From: Mustelus asterias | Lineage: Eukaryota | Assembly: GCF_964213995.1 (NCBI RefSeq) | Contig: NW_027590155.1 | Span: 558,001-622,000, forward strand | DNA: 64,000 nucleotides | Direction: 5' to 3' | In this document: one piece after another, positions 11,450-22,705 of the stretch | How positions within the stretch are numbered: the stretch's first letter is position 1 | Layout of the letters: every line of letters starts with the position of its first letter | Notes under the pieces: model-generated | What the model was told of the DNA's origin: nothing | Seen by the model: the letters and a program-made list of their open reading frames with translations, nothing else | Databases searched by the model: none | Program-made: the position numbers and the translations under genes

Positions 11450-11810
11450 CCATAGAATCATACAATCATAGAAACCCTACAGTACAGAAAGAGGCCATTC
11501 GGCCCATCGAGTCTGCACCGACCACAATCCCACCCAGGCCCTACCCCCATATCCCTACATATTTTACCCACTAATCCCTCTAACCTATGCATCTCAGGAC
11601 ACTAAGGGGCAATTTTTTTTTAACATGGCCAATCAACCTAACCCGCACATCTTTGGACTGTGGGAGGAAACCGGAGCACCCGGAGGAAACCCACGCAGAC
11701 ACGAGGAGAATGTGCAAACTCCACACAGACAGTGACCCAAGCCGGGAATCGAACCCAGGTCCCTGGAGCTGTGAAGCAGCAGTGCTAACCACTGTGCTAC
11801 CGTGCCGCCC
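11450..11810 (-). mobile_element. tRNA-derived HE1/V-SINE
   Basis: Minus strand has the GGCGGCACGGTAGCACAGTGGTTAGC A box, GGTTCGATTCC B box, the V-domain GTGTGGAGTTTGCACATTCTCC and a CR1-like tail. Confidence 0.9.
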
Positions 11811-11899
11811 TTTACCAAAAACGTAATAATCTCTGGATTAATATCTGAGCCATGAGCTAACTGGGACACGATTAATGAGATTAAAGAGGTAAACGTGTG

Positions 11900-12817
11900 T
11901 GTACGGGGAAAAATTCTAATAGGTTAGTAAAGATTTTTAGACATTTAGAAATTAGGACACTGACAGAACTACCAACATTAAGTTAAATGACTTTAAAACA
12001 CATTTATAAAGTAACACGAAAGCAGTTTGCACACATATGAAATGCAGTAAGAGATTTAAACAAGTGATTATGATTTAAAGATTTGAATGTATTAATATAT
12101 TTTTAAGAATCATTGTTCACTTTAGCCAAAGGCAGTATGCTACGAAGCATTATGGTAAAGGGTATTAGGGCAGAGCCATATTCTAAAAACATATTAAAGT
12201 CTTGAGAATATGCAAGTTTCATCAGTAGAGCTTCGAATGGAAAGAACATTCAGAACACTTAAACAAATTTTATGAATAGGGTATATTCACTGTCCAGATA
12301 AAATGGATGCATGCCCAAACGTGGAGTCAAGTGTTAATCTGGTTTGGCAGTGACCTGTAGAGGAACTCATTGGAACGTGCCCTTTGAACTTTGGGGCTGG
12401 TGTCTGGTTACTATGGGATACAGAAATCTGGGTTAGCCAAGGCACGAGTTTGCGTCTGAATTCTAAGGACTAAGGAACTGCCATTTTGCCAGAAGATAAG
12501 ATGTGATTGGCAAAGGTATCTAACATAAATTATTTCTGGTTTAAGTATATTGAAGATGATTGATTTAAAGCTCATGAAAGGCGGGAGTAATCAATAAGGA
12601 AAACTATAATTGGCCTGATTTGAATTGCATACGTCAGATTTCATTGGAGAGGACTAGATGCTCTATATCAGAGCCGCCCTGACCCTTTAATTATTTCTCT
12701 TGGTGGACGCTGATCAAAATAAAGGTTACGTCTTTAAACTGAGACACTGGCTTCGTCGGTCCTGTATTGTCTGAGATTTACTGACGGTATCTGGCCACCT
12801 CGAAAAACCAACCAACA
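11900..12817 (+). mobile_element. Solo LTR (918 bp)
   Basis: TG...CA ends, 5-bp TSD GTGTG (11895-11899, 12818-12822), TATA-like motif near 12664, AATAAA near 12718; interrupts a CR1 ORF1 remnant. Confidence 0.75.
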
Positions 12818-13159
12818 GTGTGGCTCATAGTTTCATGTGGGAGAAATGTGTTCGAATTCATGGAACATTAGCACCAGTATTTGTGCAGGAAGGAGCTGTT
12901 GCATCGGTGCGGACTCAATCTGAATCATGCTGGCGAATAACTAGGGCTGTAAATAGGGCTTTAAACTAAACAGTGGGGTCAGGAGGAATCAGTGTTCAGT
13001 TCCATGTAATAATAAAAAATATCGAAGTTAAAGGAGAAGGTTGGAGTGAAGGTTAACGATGAAACTGATTGTTACCAGAAAATAAAAGGAAGGGACAGAA
13101 CGTGTGGACATCATAGGACACCAGGAAATCGTGCAAGAATAGGGAAATTTGATAACAGA

Positions 13160-16000
13160 ACAAACTTAAAGGCTTTGTACCTCACTGCACGAAACTTTGG
13201 GAATAAAATTAATGAGTTAATTGTACAAATTTAGAGAAATGTGTATGAATTAATGGCGGTTACTGAGACATGGTTGCAGGCAAAACTAGATTTGGAATTG
13301 AATATCCAAAGGTACTCAATATTTCGGACGGATAGACAGAAACGAAATGAGATGCTGTAGTAATATTTAGGTCCCCAATCAGTCGTTTGGCAGTGAAGCA
13401 TAGTATAAATGAGGAAATATTGGGGGCTTGTAAGAAAGGTACGTCAATAATCATGGATGATTTTAATATGCATGTAGAGTGGATTTATCAAATTGGCCAG
13501 GGTAGCCTCGAGGGAAAGTTCATTGAATGTATTACAGATTGTTTCTTGCAGAAATATATTGTGGAACCAACGAAAGAGCAGACCAATCTTGATTTTCCAC
13601 CCAATGTGGTGGACACGGCTCTCAACCGTGTCCCACACATCTCCCAGGCTACTGCTCTCACACTTTCTCCTCCCTCCCAAAACCAGGATAGCATCCGCTT
13701 TATACTCACTTTCCAGCTCACACGCCTCCGCATTAAAAGAATCATCCTCCACCATTTCTGCCAACACCTGCATAATGTTACCTTTCAACCCAATTTCCCC
13801 TCACTCCCCCTGCCAGTATTTCACAGGGATCATTCCCTCCAGGGCACCCTTTTCCACTTCTTCATCACACCTAGCAACTCACCCGCCGCCAGTGGCACTT
13901 TTCCATGCTACCATAGAAAATGCTATACCTGCCCCTTCTTCTGCTCCCTCCTCAGCATCTTAGGCACCCAAAAACTCTTTCCCGGTGAAGGAGCGCTTCA
14001 CGTGCATCTCTTTTAATCTCGTCTATGGCATTCGCTGCTCGCGATGCTGCCTAATCTACATGGTAGAGAACAATGCAGAGTGATTTGCAGAATAATTCTG
14101 GTCTGTCCGCAAGCAGGACCCAGATCTTCCTGCAGCTTCGACACACCACCCTGCTCTCCTATCCACACGTCTGTCCTTGCCCTCTTCCAATGTTCCAGTG
14201 AAGCCCAACGTAAAATGAAGGAACAGCACTTCATCTTCAGATTAGACAAATTACAACCTTCCGGACAGAGGATTGAGTTCAACAATTTCAGAGCATGAAC
14301 TCTCTACTCCACCTCCACGCCATCTTCTTTTCATCGCATTCGTCCATTTTTAAAATTATTTTCTACTTTTATTTCTATTTATCAACATCTAAAATATCGC
14401 TTTTCATTTTACTTCACCTACTCACCCCCAACCCCATTCCACGAAGGACAACTGCCACATTCATAGACTGTGCACTTTCAGTTCTGCCATTTACACATTC
14501 CAATCTCTTAATGGACGCGCTTAGCAACATTCTCAGCCTTGATCATCACCATTTACATTCCCTTTGTCGTTTTGTCTATGCTATTTGTTTCAATTATAGT
14601 TCCCCACCCCCAGAAAAAACCCACGCTCACAGTATAAATCTTGTCCAACTTTCCTTGTCTTCAGCTCTGAGGAAGGGTCACCCTGACTCGAAATATTGGC
14701 TCGATTCTCCCTCCACAGATGCTGTAAGATCTGCTGAGATTTTTTGAGCATTTTCTGTGTTTCTTTCAGATCCCAGCATCAGCAGTATTTTTTTTATTAT
14801 AGGGAGCATACTATTGTGGATTTGGCATTCTGTAATCAGCAGGGATTAAATAATGATCTAATAGTTAAGGATCCTCTAGCCAAGAGTGATCATAGTTAGC
14901 TAGAATTCCAAATTCAGTTTGAGGACGAGAAACTCGAGTCCCACACTAGACTTCTGCAGCTAAACACAGGGAACTACGAAGACATGAGGACAAAATTGGC
15001 CCGAGTGGACTGGGAAAGAAGACTAAAAGGCAGGACAGTTGATGATCAGTGGCAAATGCTGAAGGGGACAATTAATTCCTCCCAACTAAAATACATTCCC
15101 ATGAGGAATACAGACAGTAAGAGGGGGAGAAATATCCATGGCTAAGCAAGGAAACTAAAGATAGCATGAAAAGAAAAGCTAATGCATATCATATTGCAAA
15201 GGCCTGTGGCAGACTGGAGGATTGGGAAACTTGTAATGATCAACAATGGGTTACTGAAAAGTAACAAAAAGATCAAAGGTAAATTATGAAAGAAAACACG
15301 CACAACATTTAAAGAAGTACTGCAAAAGCATCTTAAATAGCTAAAAGTGAAGAGTGGAGCGAATGTGATTGTTGGACCCTTGGAGGATTCGACTGGGGAA
15401 TTAATCGTGGGGGAAATAGAAATGGTGGAAACTCTCAATCAATAGCTTGCCTCAGTTATCACGCTGGGCAAATCGAGTACCATCACAATAGCAACAGGAA
15501 ATGCAGAGGTAATAGAAAGGAAGGAACTGAGAAAAATCATGATCAATAGTGAAAAAGTGTTAAGCAAACAGTTGGGATTGAAGACAGTCAAGTCCCCAGG
15601 GGCGAATCGCCTACAGCTTATGGTCTTAAAGAAAGTGAGAGTAGGCACATTGGTTATAATCTTCCAAAATTTCCTGGATGTGGGAACGGGTTCCAGTGGG
15701 TTGGAAAAAAGACAATATAATGCCCATATTCAAAGCGGGAAGGAGACAGAAGGTATAAAACCAGACACCAGCTAGTTTGACACCTGTCGTTCTAAAGTTA
15801 TTAGAATCCATTTTTAAGATGGGACAATTAGAATGCCAAAATGCAATCCATTAGGGTCAGCGTGGTTTTACGAAGGGCAAATCGTTTTGACTAATTTGCT
15901 AGGGTTCTTCGAAGATGTAACAAGCAAAGTGGACTCTGGGGATCCTGTAGATATGGTATATCTATACTTTCAGAGGGCATTTGTTAAGGTACCATACCTT
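13160..16000 (+). mobile_element. Degraded CR1 ORF2 (APE/RT) interrupted by a Penelope element
   Basis: LKALYLTARN, IIMDDFN and VDMVYLYFQRAF motifs in broken frames. Confidence 0.8.
13592..14800 (+). mobile_element. Penelope-like element fragment (GIY-YIG endonuclease end)
   Basis: FPCYHRKCYTCP, then in a shifted frame FTCISFNLVYGIRCSRCCLIY; EQHFIFRLDKLQPSGQRIEF terminus. Confidence 0.75.
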
Positions 16001-16696
16001 GAAATGCAAAAGATAGTGTGTGTATGCGTGCGTGCGCGCGTCCGAGTGTGTGTGTGTGAGTATGCATGTGAAATAAGAAGAGAGTCCAACAGAGGGAGAT
16101 TGCTGGAAGTGAGAGACTCTGTGTGTATCTGTGTCTGTGAGCTTGTGTTTGGGTATGACTGCCTTCTTGCGAGTCTTGCCTTTTCGATGCAATTAATCTT
16201 TTACACCGTGCCGCTATTTAATGATCACAGCCGTGTTTCTGCAACGCCCTTCTGAAAAGATTTCAGAAGTAACTACTGTGTTCCAAAGCAAAGCAGGAGA
16301 TTGCTGATGGAGAAATTCTTATTTCTTCCATCAGGTGGCAGGAAAGCCAACAAAATGTCGACCCCCCACCTCTTGGTGTCTCTGTTTCACTGTCCTCTAT
16401 CACACTCTTATCTCTCAATTCCAATGCCTGTATCAATGTGTTCGGTCTCACTTTCATTACAGTGGACACAGTGACAACGCAGTCTAAGACGCTGCTCCTA
16501 ATTGTCGCATTCTCCATTGACTCCACTCTTGTTACAGATGTTTTGGTAATACATCGTGTACAAACAAGCTGGCTTCATAGTTCCTATTTCGGTGGAAGCC
16601 TAATAACTGCACTTCCTCTTCAGGCCTGTTCCTCACCATAAAGAAGCGAGTCAAGATATATTGTACTATTCTACCCATTGCAAATACAACTTGCAG

Positions 16697-16748
16697 ATGG
16701 ATCACCCACGAGGGTTAAAAGCTTTCATTCTAGCAGCAATCATATCAG
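16697..16748 (+). CDS. Leader exon of the five-cysteine V (MDHPRGLKAFILAAIIS)
   Basis: ATG at 16697, 17 codons + G, GTGAGT donor at 16749; phase 1 fits the exon at 17452. Confidence 0.75.
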
Positions 16749-16873
16749 GTGAGTTACACTTCACATTCTCATTGATTACCTCTCAAGAAAGCCTTTTATT
16801 CTTCCACATTTAATGTTGCTTTTAGAGAAAAAGTAGAGCAATATTCGCAGTGGTTGGATTTAATTAATTATTA

Positions 16874-17160
16874 GGGGCGGCATTTTGGCACAATGTTTAG
16901 CACTGCTGCCTCACAGCGCCAGGGACCCGGATTCGATTACCGGCTTGGGTCACTGTGCAGAGTCTGCACGTTCCCCCCATGTCTGCGTGAGTTTCCTCCG
17001 GGTGCTATGTTTTCCTCCTGCAGTCCGAAACAAGTGCTGATTAGGTGCATTGGCCGTGCTATTCTCTCCCTCAGTGTAATAGAACAGGCGCTGGAGCGTG
17101 GCGACAGTAACTTCATTGCAGTGTTAATGTAAGCCCACTTGTGACACTGATAAATCAACT
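16874..17160 (+). mobile_element. V-SINE in the leader intron of the five-cysteine V
   Basis: GGGGCGGCA...TTAGCACTGCTGCCTCACAGCGCCAGGGACCCGGATTCGATT head and V-domain. Confidence 0.8.
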
Positions 17161-17451
17161 TAATTTAGTTATTCTCATTGATTTCCTTTCAATAAATTAT
17201 TTTATATTCTTATATTTAATGTTGATCTTTCGAGATAAGTACACAGCAATATTACTGGTGACTGAGTTTATTTAATGATTGGAATTTTACAAATAGTTAT
17301 TTAAAAGCTTCAGTAGTGAGAAAAGGCAGTGGGAACTGGGGCCAACCTCCATTGGGCACACCCCATCCTCCCCCTTCCCCGCAGCTCCCCAGTTTCAAAT
17401 CGATAGAGTGCCTGGAACCTCCACTTAATTCTAATTTTCTCTATCCTTCAG

Positions 17452-17771
17452 GTAGCCTGGCTGCATCCGCAGTCATCCACCAGCCGGAGGCAGAGGTGAG
17501 GGTCCAACAGGGAGCCACCACGACAATCACCTGCTCATACACAGAGGTGGAGAGAGCTTGCTTGGTCTGGTACCGGGAACCTCTCCACCCAGCCATGGGG
17601 GGAAGTCCCGAGTATATTGTCGTCCGCTGCACCGATGGTTGCAGTGACAGCGCCACATTTTCCAGGCGTCGCTTTTCCTCCTCCCTGAGCAAAACTTACA
17701 GAATCATCAGTCTGACAGTTGCACCGGTGACAGCTGAGGACTCCAGGAAATACTTCTGCATCTTAAACACA
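17452..17771 (+). CDS. TCR alpha/delta-type V segment with three non-canonical cysteines
   Basis: Acceptor ccttcAG at 17450-17451. Open frame (G)SLAASAVIHQPEAEVRVQQGATTTITCSYTEVERACLVWYRE...PEYIVVRCTDGCSDSATFSRRRFSSSLSK...VTAEDSRKYFCILNT with V-set Cys, WYR and DSxxYFC motifs. Confidence 0.85.
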
Positions 17772-17810
17772 CACACTCGCACATTCCAGGCAGCAACCTC
17801 TACGTAAACT
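17772..17810 (+). promoter_or_regulatory. Weak 23-RSS of the five-cysteine V
   Basis: CACACTC-23-ACGTAAACT; the essential CAC is kept, the other positions diverge from consensus. Confidence 0.65.
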
Positions 17811-17964
17811 GTAGGTTCCTCTCCCAGGCAATGGGAACGCTGGGCATGATTTGTAGCCCCATTGTCCAATGTCGGTGTTGTAGAATTGCAGCACCAACAC
17901 AGGGATGGACAGGCAGACAGATGTGAATTAGATTCTTAGACACATCAGCTGATTCAGTAACACA

Positions 17965-18270
17965 CAAAACAGATATATGGCCACTAGACAGCTAGATAAA
18001 TAGAGTGGTAAACACAGGAATTGATGCATTCACATACAAAGCAGATATATGGTCACTGGACAGTTAGGTAGATAGAGTTATAGACACGCGAACTGATGAC
18101 TTAAAGAAGACAAATATATGGTCACTGGACAGTTTAGTGGATAGTTTCATCGACAGATTGACTAACACACAAAGATATATGGACACCAGAGAGTTAGATA
18201 GATTAGCAGCCACATCAACTGCTGGACTAGCACGCAAAGTGGATGTATGGTTACCAGAGACTGATTTACA
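17965..18270. repeat. Degenerate minisatellite, roughly 60-70 bp period, about 5 copies
   Basis: Recurrent GATATATGGTCACTGGACAG-like core near 17972, 18044, 18113, 18174 and 18242. Confidence 0.6.
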
Positions 18271-19495
18271 GGTGATGGACGGCTTGGGGTCACAGTCTGT
18301 GCAGAGTTTGCACGTTCCTATCGTGTCTGCATGGGTTTCCTCGTGATGCTCCAGTTTACATCCACTGTCCAAAAGACATACTGGTTGGGTGCTTTGACCA
18401 TGCTAACTTCTCCCTCAGTGTGCCCGGGACAGGCGCCGCAATGTGGCAACTAGGGGATTTCCATAGTAACTTCATTGCAGTGTTAATGTAAGCCTACTTG
18501 TGACACTAACAAATAAACTTTATGAATAAATAAGCAGGAAGGCACAGTGTGATCAGTTCTGAACAAGAGATGGGTACACGCTGACTTTTATACATGAAGA
18601 GAGACTTTGAAGAATGTGATTACACCAGAGAGGGTGCAGAGGAGGCTGACAAGTATGCTGCCTGGGCTGGAGCGTTTCAGCGATGAAGAGAGGCTGGTTA
18701 GTCTGGAGGTACTTTCCTTACAGCAGAGAAAATGAGGAGGGGGTGGAACTGATTGAGGTGTACAAAATTAGGAGGGATATAGATATTGTGAATAGGAAGG
18801 GACATTTCCCCTTCGTGGAGAGGTCAATAACAAGGCGACATAAATTTAAGGTAATGGTCAGCAGATTTAGAGTGGATTTGGGATCAAAACACTTTCACCC
18901 AGTGGGTGGTGGGAATCTGGAACTGACTGCTTGAAAGGGTGGTACAGGCGGTAACCCCTCAACACATTTAGGAAGCATTCAGATGAGCATTTGAAACGCT
19001 ATAGCATGCAAGGCTACGGACCAAGTGCTGGGAAATTGGACCATTGTCCATTTCCACTTGTGCTCACAGTCCAGCTGCAGCCAATGTGTTTGGGGTCTCT
19101 CACACCAGGACCAGAGCCTTTCTGATTTCACCAGGGCTAGTGCATTCGGTTGCACTTTGTCCCTTAGAATATTATTGTTCTAACTGAGTGACACTATTGC
19201 TGAGGAAAGGGGCGAATCTCGAGATGAATGAGACAGTAATCACAATTTGCTGCAAAAATGAACATTTGTGACATTGGAATTATTCAATATTTGGCCCTTG
19301 CTGCTTTAAGAAAAAGACACAATTATTATTGGCTCTAAAGAATGTGTTATCGGTTGCAAATTCTGGGTATGTTCTTGCAGAAACTGCTATTGTTGTGCAA
19401 AGGGACCTTGGTGTCCCAACACACCAATAACTGAAAGCAAGCTTGCAGCGACAGCAAGCAGTTTGAAATGCACCTTGTTCCTCCTGTTCTTGACC

Positions 19496-20290
19496 ATGAG
19501 GTTAACAATGTTACTCGGACTATTGGAGGGTTCCTTCTGCAGTGAGCTGCTTGACATTTCCCCAAATTCCTGCTGTGTGTGTTTGCTGAACCTCACCTTT
19601 CAGTGGTGTGTTACAGGGGAAGGAATCATCATAGAATCCCTACAGTGAGAAGGAGGCTATTTCACCATTGAGTTTGCACTCAGGCCCACTCTGCCATGTC
19701 CCCGTAACCCCTACTAATCACCTAATCGAGACATCTACCGATATTTAGGAACACGTTAGCATGATAAATCCACCTAGCGTGCATATCTTTGGACTGTGGA
19801 AGGAAATTGGAGCATTCAGAGGAAACCCACGCAGGCACGGGGAGAACGTCTAAACTCCACACAGATAGTACTCAGGCCTGGAATAAAAACCACTGTGCCA
19901 CCGATCCGCCCATCACAATAATGGATGTCTCTTTGACTTTAACAGGTGTCCAGTCGGAAGTAGTTCTGACGCAGCCAGAGGCAGAGAAGTGGTTCCCAGT
20001 GTAGTCCCTGTCCCTGACCTGCAATACCAGCGGCTTCGACTTCAGTGGCTATTGGCTGTACTGGTACTGTCATGGTCCCTGAAAGAGGCCAGACTGGCTA
20101 GTTTCCTACTATGATGAAGACTTCCACTGATACTGTGGGGAGACTCGAGGACGATTCACTGTTTCCAAAGAGCTTGCACACAATATATTTGCTTTGGATG
20201 TCAGGTTTCTGACGATGGAGGAAACAGCTGCTTATTAGAGTACACAGTTAACTCAGTGAGGCGGGTCAGCCCCAGATTTGTAAAAAAAAC
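19496..20290 (+). pseudogene. IgH-like (IgHV/TAILV-type) V pseudogene
   Basis: Leader MRLTMLLGLLEGSFC (19496-19541); V exon from 19946 reads VQSEVVLTQPEAE...LTCNTSGFDFSGYWLYWY...GRFTVSK, with a frameshift, several stops and a lost YYC; decayed RSS CTCAGTG (20252)-23-AAAAAAAAC. Confidence 0.85.
19625..19912 (-). mobile_element. Degraded HE1/V-SINE in the leader intron of the V pseudogene
   Basis: ATCTTTGGACTGTGGAAGGAAA...GGAAACCCACGCAG core on the + strand. Confidence 0.75.
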
Positions 20291-21955
20291 CCAAACTAGA
20301 GGAACTGCACACAGTTTGTCCCCTTCATCAAACTCCAATAGATTCATTGCTGACAACAATCCATGGAACCATAGTGTTACTCTACCACACAGAATAAGGC
20401 CATCCATCTAATGTACGGATAATATCACACCCGGACAGTCACTTCCTCATAAATCTCATGTGGTTTAAGTTTGCTAAGTGGAATGAAATTTTTGTAATAT
20501 CACTCAAACTTTTCAAATCCTGACAGGGCTGGTCAGACTGGATTCAGGAATGTTGCTTCCTCTAGCTCCGGGGTTTGGGGAGGGGGGGGGGCGGTGGACG
20601 GAGGGGGGGGGGGGTGGAGCGTCTAGAACAGATTGTCAGCGTTTCAAAATATGTGATAGGTCATTTATGAGAAATGTCTTCACTCAGAAGCTGTGTAACT
20701 CTCCACCTCAGGAAGTTGCGGAGGCCAAGTATCTGAATATATTTAAAAATGAAATAGATAGATTTCTAGACTCTAAAGTGTGAAGGGTTGTAGGGAGAAA
20801 GGAGTATTGCAATAGAAGATCAGCCATGATCATAATGAATGATGGAGCAGGCTCTAAGGGCCGAATGATCTATTCCCGCTCCTATTTTCTGTGATTCAAT
20901 GCTAAAAAGTCGACCATGTGGTGCTTTAACAAGTACTATTGGAAAGTGTACAGCCGCAGCATGGAACATATTATCATGATCCAAGATATTAGGCTTAATC
21001 GCCTATAAAAGCTACCTGGATCTGCACCGGATGTTCTCTAACCTCCAAGACGACGGACCAGATGCCATTGTGCTACTGCGGCCCGTTGACTGAATGAATG
21101 AAGCTCCAACAACACTCAAGAAGCTCGACACTATTTAGGACAAAGCAATTCAGTTGATGGCAACCAATTCCACAAATACACACATTGGCAGACGTGGCAC
21201 AGTGGCAAACATTTAGACATGCAGGAACTCGCTAAGGCTCTTTAGGCAGCACTTTCCAAACCTACAAACACTGCCATCTAGGGGATAAGAGCAGCAGATA
21301 CCTGGGACCACCACGACCTGGAGGTTCACCTCCAAATCACTCCCATCCAAACTGGGAAAGATTCTCCAGACTACACACGTAACTACAGAATAATGGATTA
21401 TTCTTTACACAGCTGGGATCTGGAATGCATTGCCTGGATGAAGATTCAACAACAAATTTCCTTGAGCATTGGATATATTGCTTGAATTGGAATATGAAGC
21501 GATCTGTGGAATGTACAGGGAAGATTATCGGTGTTGTTATGTCAGTGAATTGAATGGGCAGTTTGGACAGCATGTGACGGTCATGCTAAGAGCCTACCTT
21601 ATTAAATCATTCTGCTAAAGCAACATGGAATCAGTCCCCTAATGAAAATAATGTTCCAGACGGTACTGTTAACGGAAACATGAGGAATATGATTCAATTC
21701 GCCCTGAGTAACAATGAATCTTTGCAGCTTTATTTAACAATGCAAATTCGTTGGCGCCCATTCTGTATTGATATGGATATATTGTCACGTGTTGACAGTG
21801 TCTTCTATTCTAATTGGTGGCTTGTCAAAACCCTCCCCTGCCCTTGTACAACCCGTTGTGACTAACGATCAGAAGTTAAAGATCAGCCAGTGCTCTGTTC
21901 AGTGAATGACTGGAGGGAGTCCCGGGAGGAGGGTGTCTAAGTTAACACAAGCTCC

Positions 21956-22469
21956 ATGAGCATGGCGCTAGCAATATCTCTCGGTCTGTTTATTGGCTTC
22001 TTATCCTGTGAGTAGTTGGATATTCTCAGAAAGTTCCCATAGTCTCTGTTTAACATTAATCATTCCCTGTGGCGTGACACAAACTGGATTCACCTCACCA
22101 TAATTATTGTTTCTTTCGGTTAGCAGGCGTCCAGTCGGATGTGGTGTTGATCCAGCCAGAGGCAGAGATAGGGATAGTCGGGCAAACCCTGACCCTAACC
22201 TGTAAAACCAGTGGATTTGATCTTTGGAGATACACCATGCTTGGTACCGACACAGTCTCGGGAAGGGACCGGGCTGGCTCCTTTGGTACTACAATGAAAA
22301 TAGCAAGAATTACAATCCGGAGTTTGGTGAACGAATCACTGCAACCAAATACCTTTCCAACAGTGTATTCGTGCTCTCTATTAGGACTTTAACAATGGGA
22401 GACAGCTCTACGTATCACTGTGCACAAGGGCACAGTGATATAGATCACACCCAGCCCTGTACACAAACC
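21956..22469 (+). pseudogene. IgH-like (IgHV/TAILV-type) V segment with a single 1-nt frameshift
   Basis: Leader MSMALAISLGLFIGFLS (21956-22007); V exon 22127-22430 VQSDVVLIQPEAEIGIVGQTLTLTCKTSGFDLWRYTM / WYRHSLGKGPGWLLWYY...GDSSTYHCAQG with one frameshift near 22240; good RSS CACAGTG (22431)-23-ACACAAACC. Confidence 0.9.
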
Positions 22470-22705
22470 CACAAGAGGAATTGCAGCCATTTCCCTGCTT
22501 TCATTTTCATTCTTTGGATGTCCACCCTTAATTTTCCTTGAATTAAATGGTTTGTTCGGCCATATCAAATGGTGTTTGAGAGTCAACCGCATTGTTGTGT
22601 GGATATGTCGTCACAGGTAGGCCAGGTCAAGTAAGGAAGGTAGATTTCTTTCCTTAAAGGGTATCCGTGAATCAGATCAGTCTTTACAACAATCGACAAT
22701 TGTTT

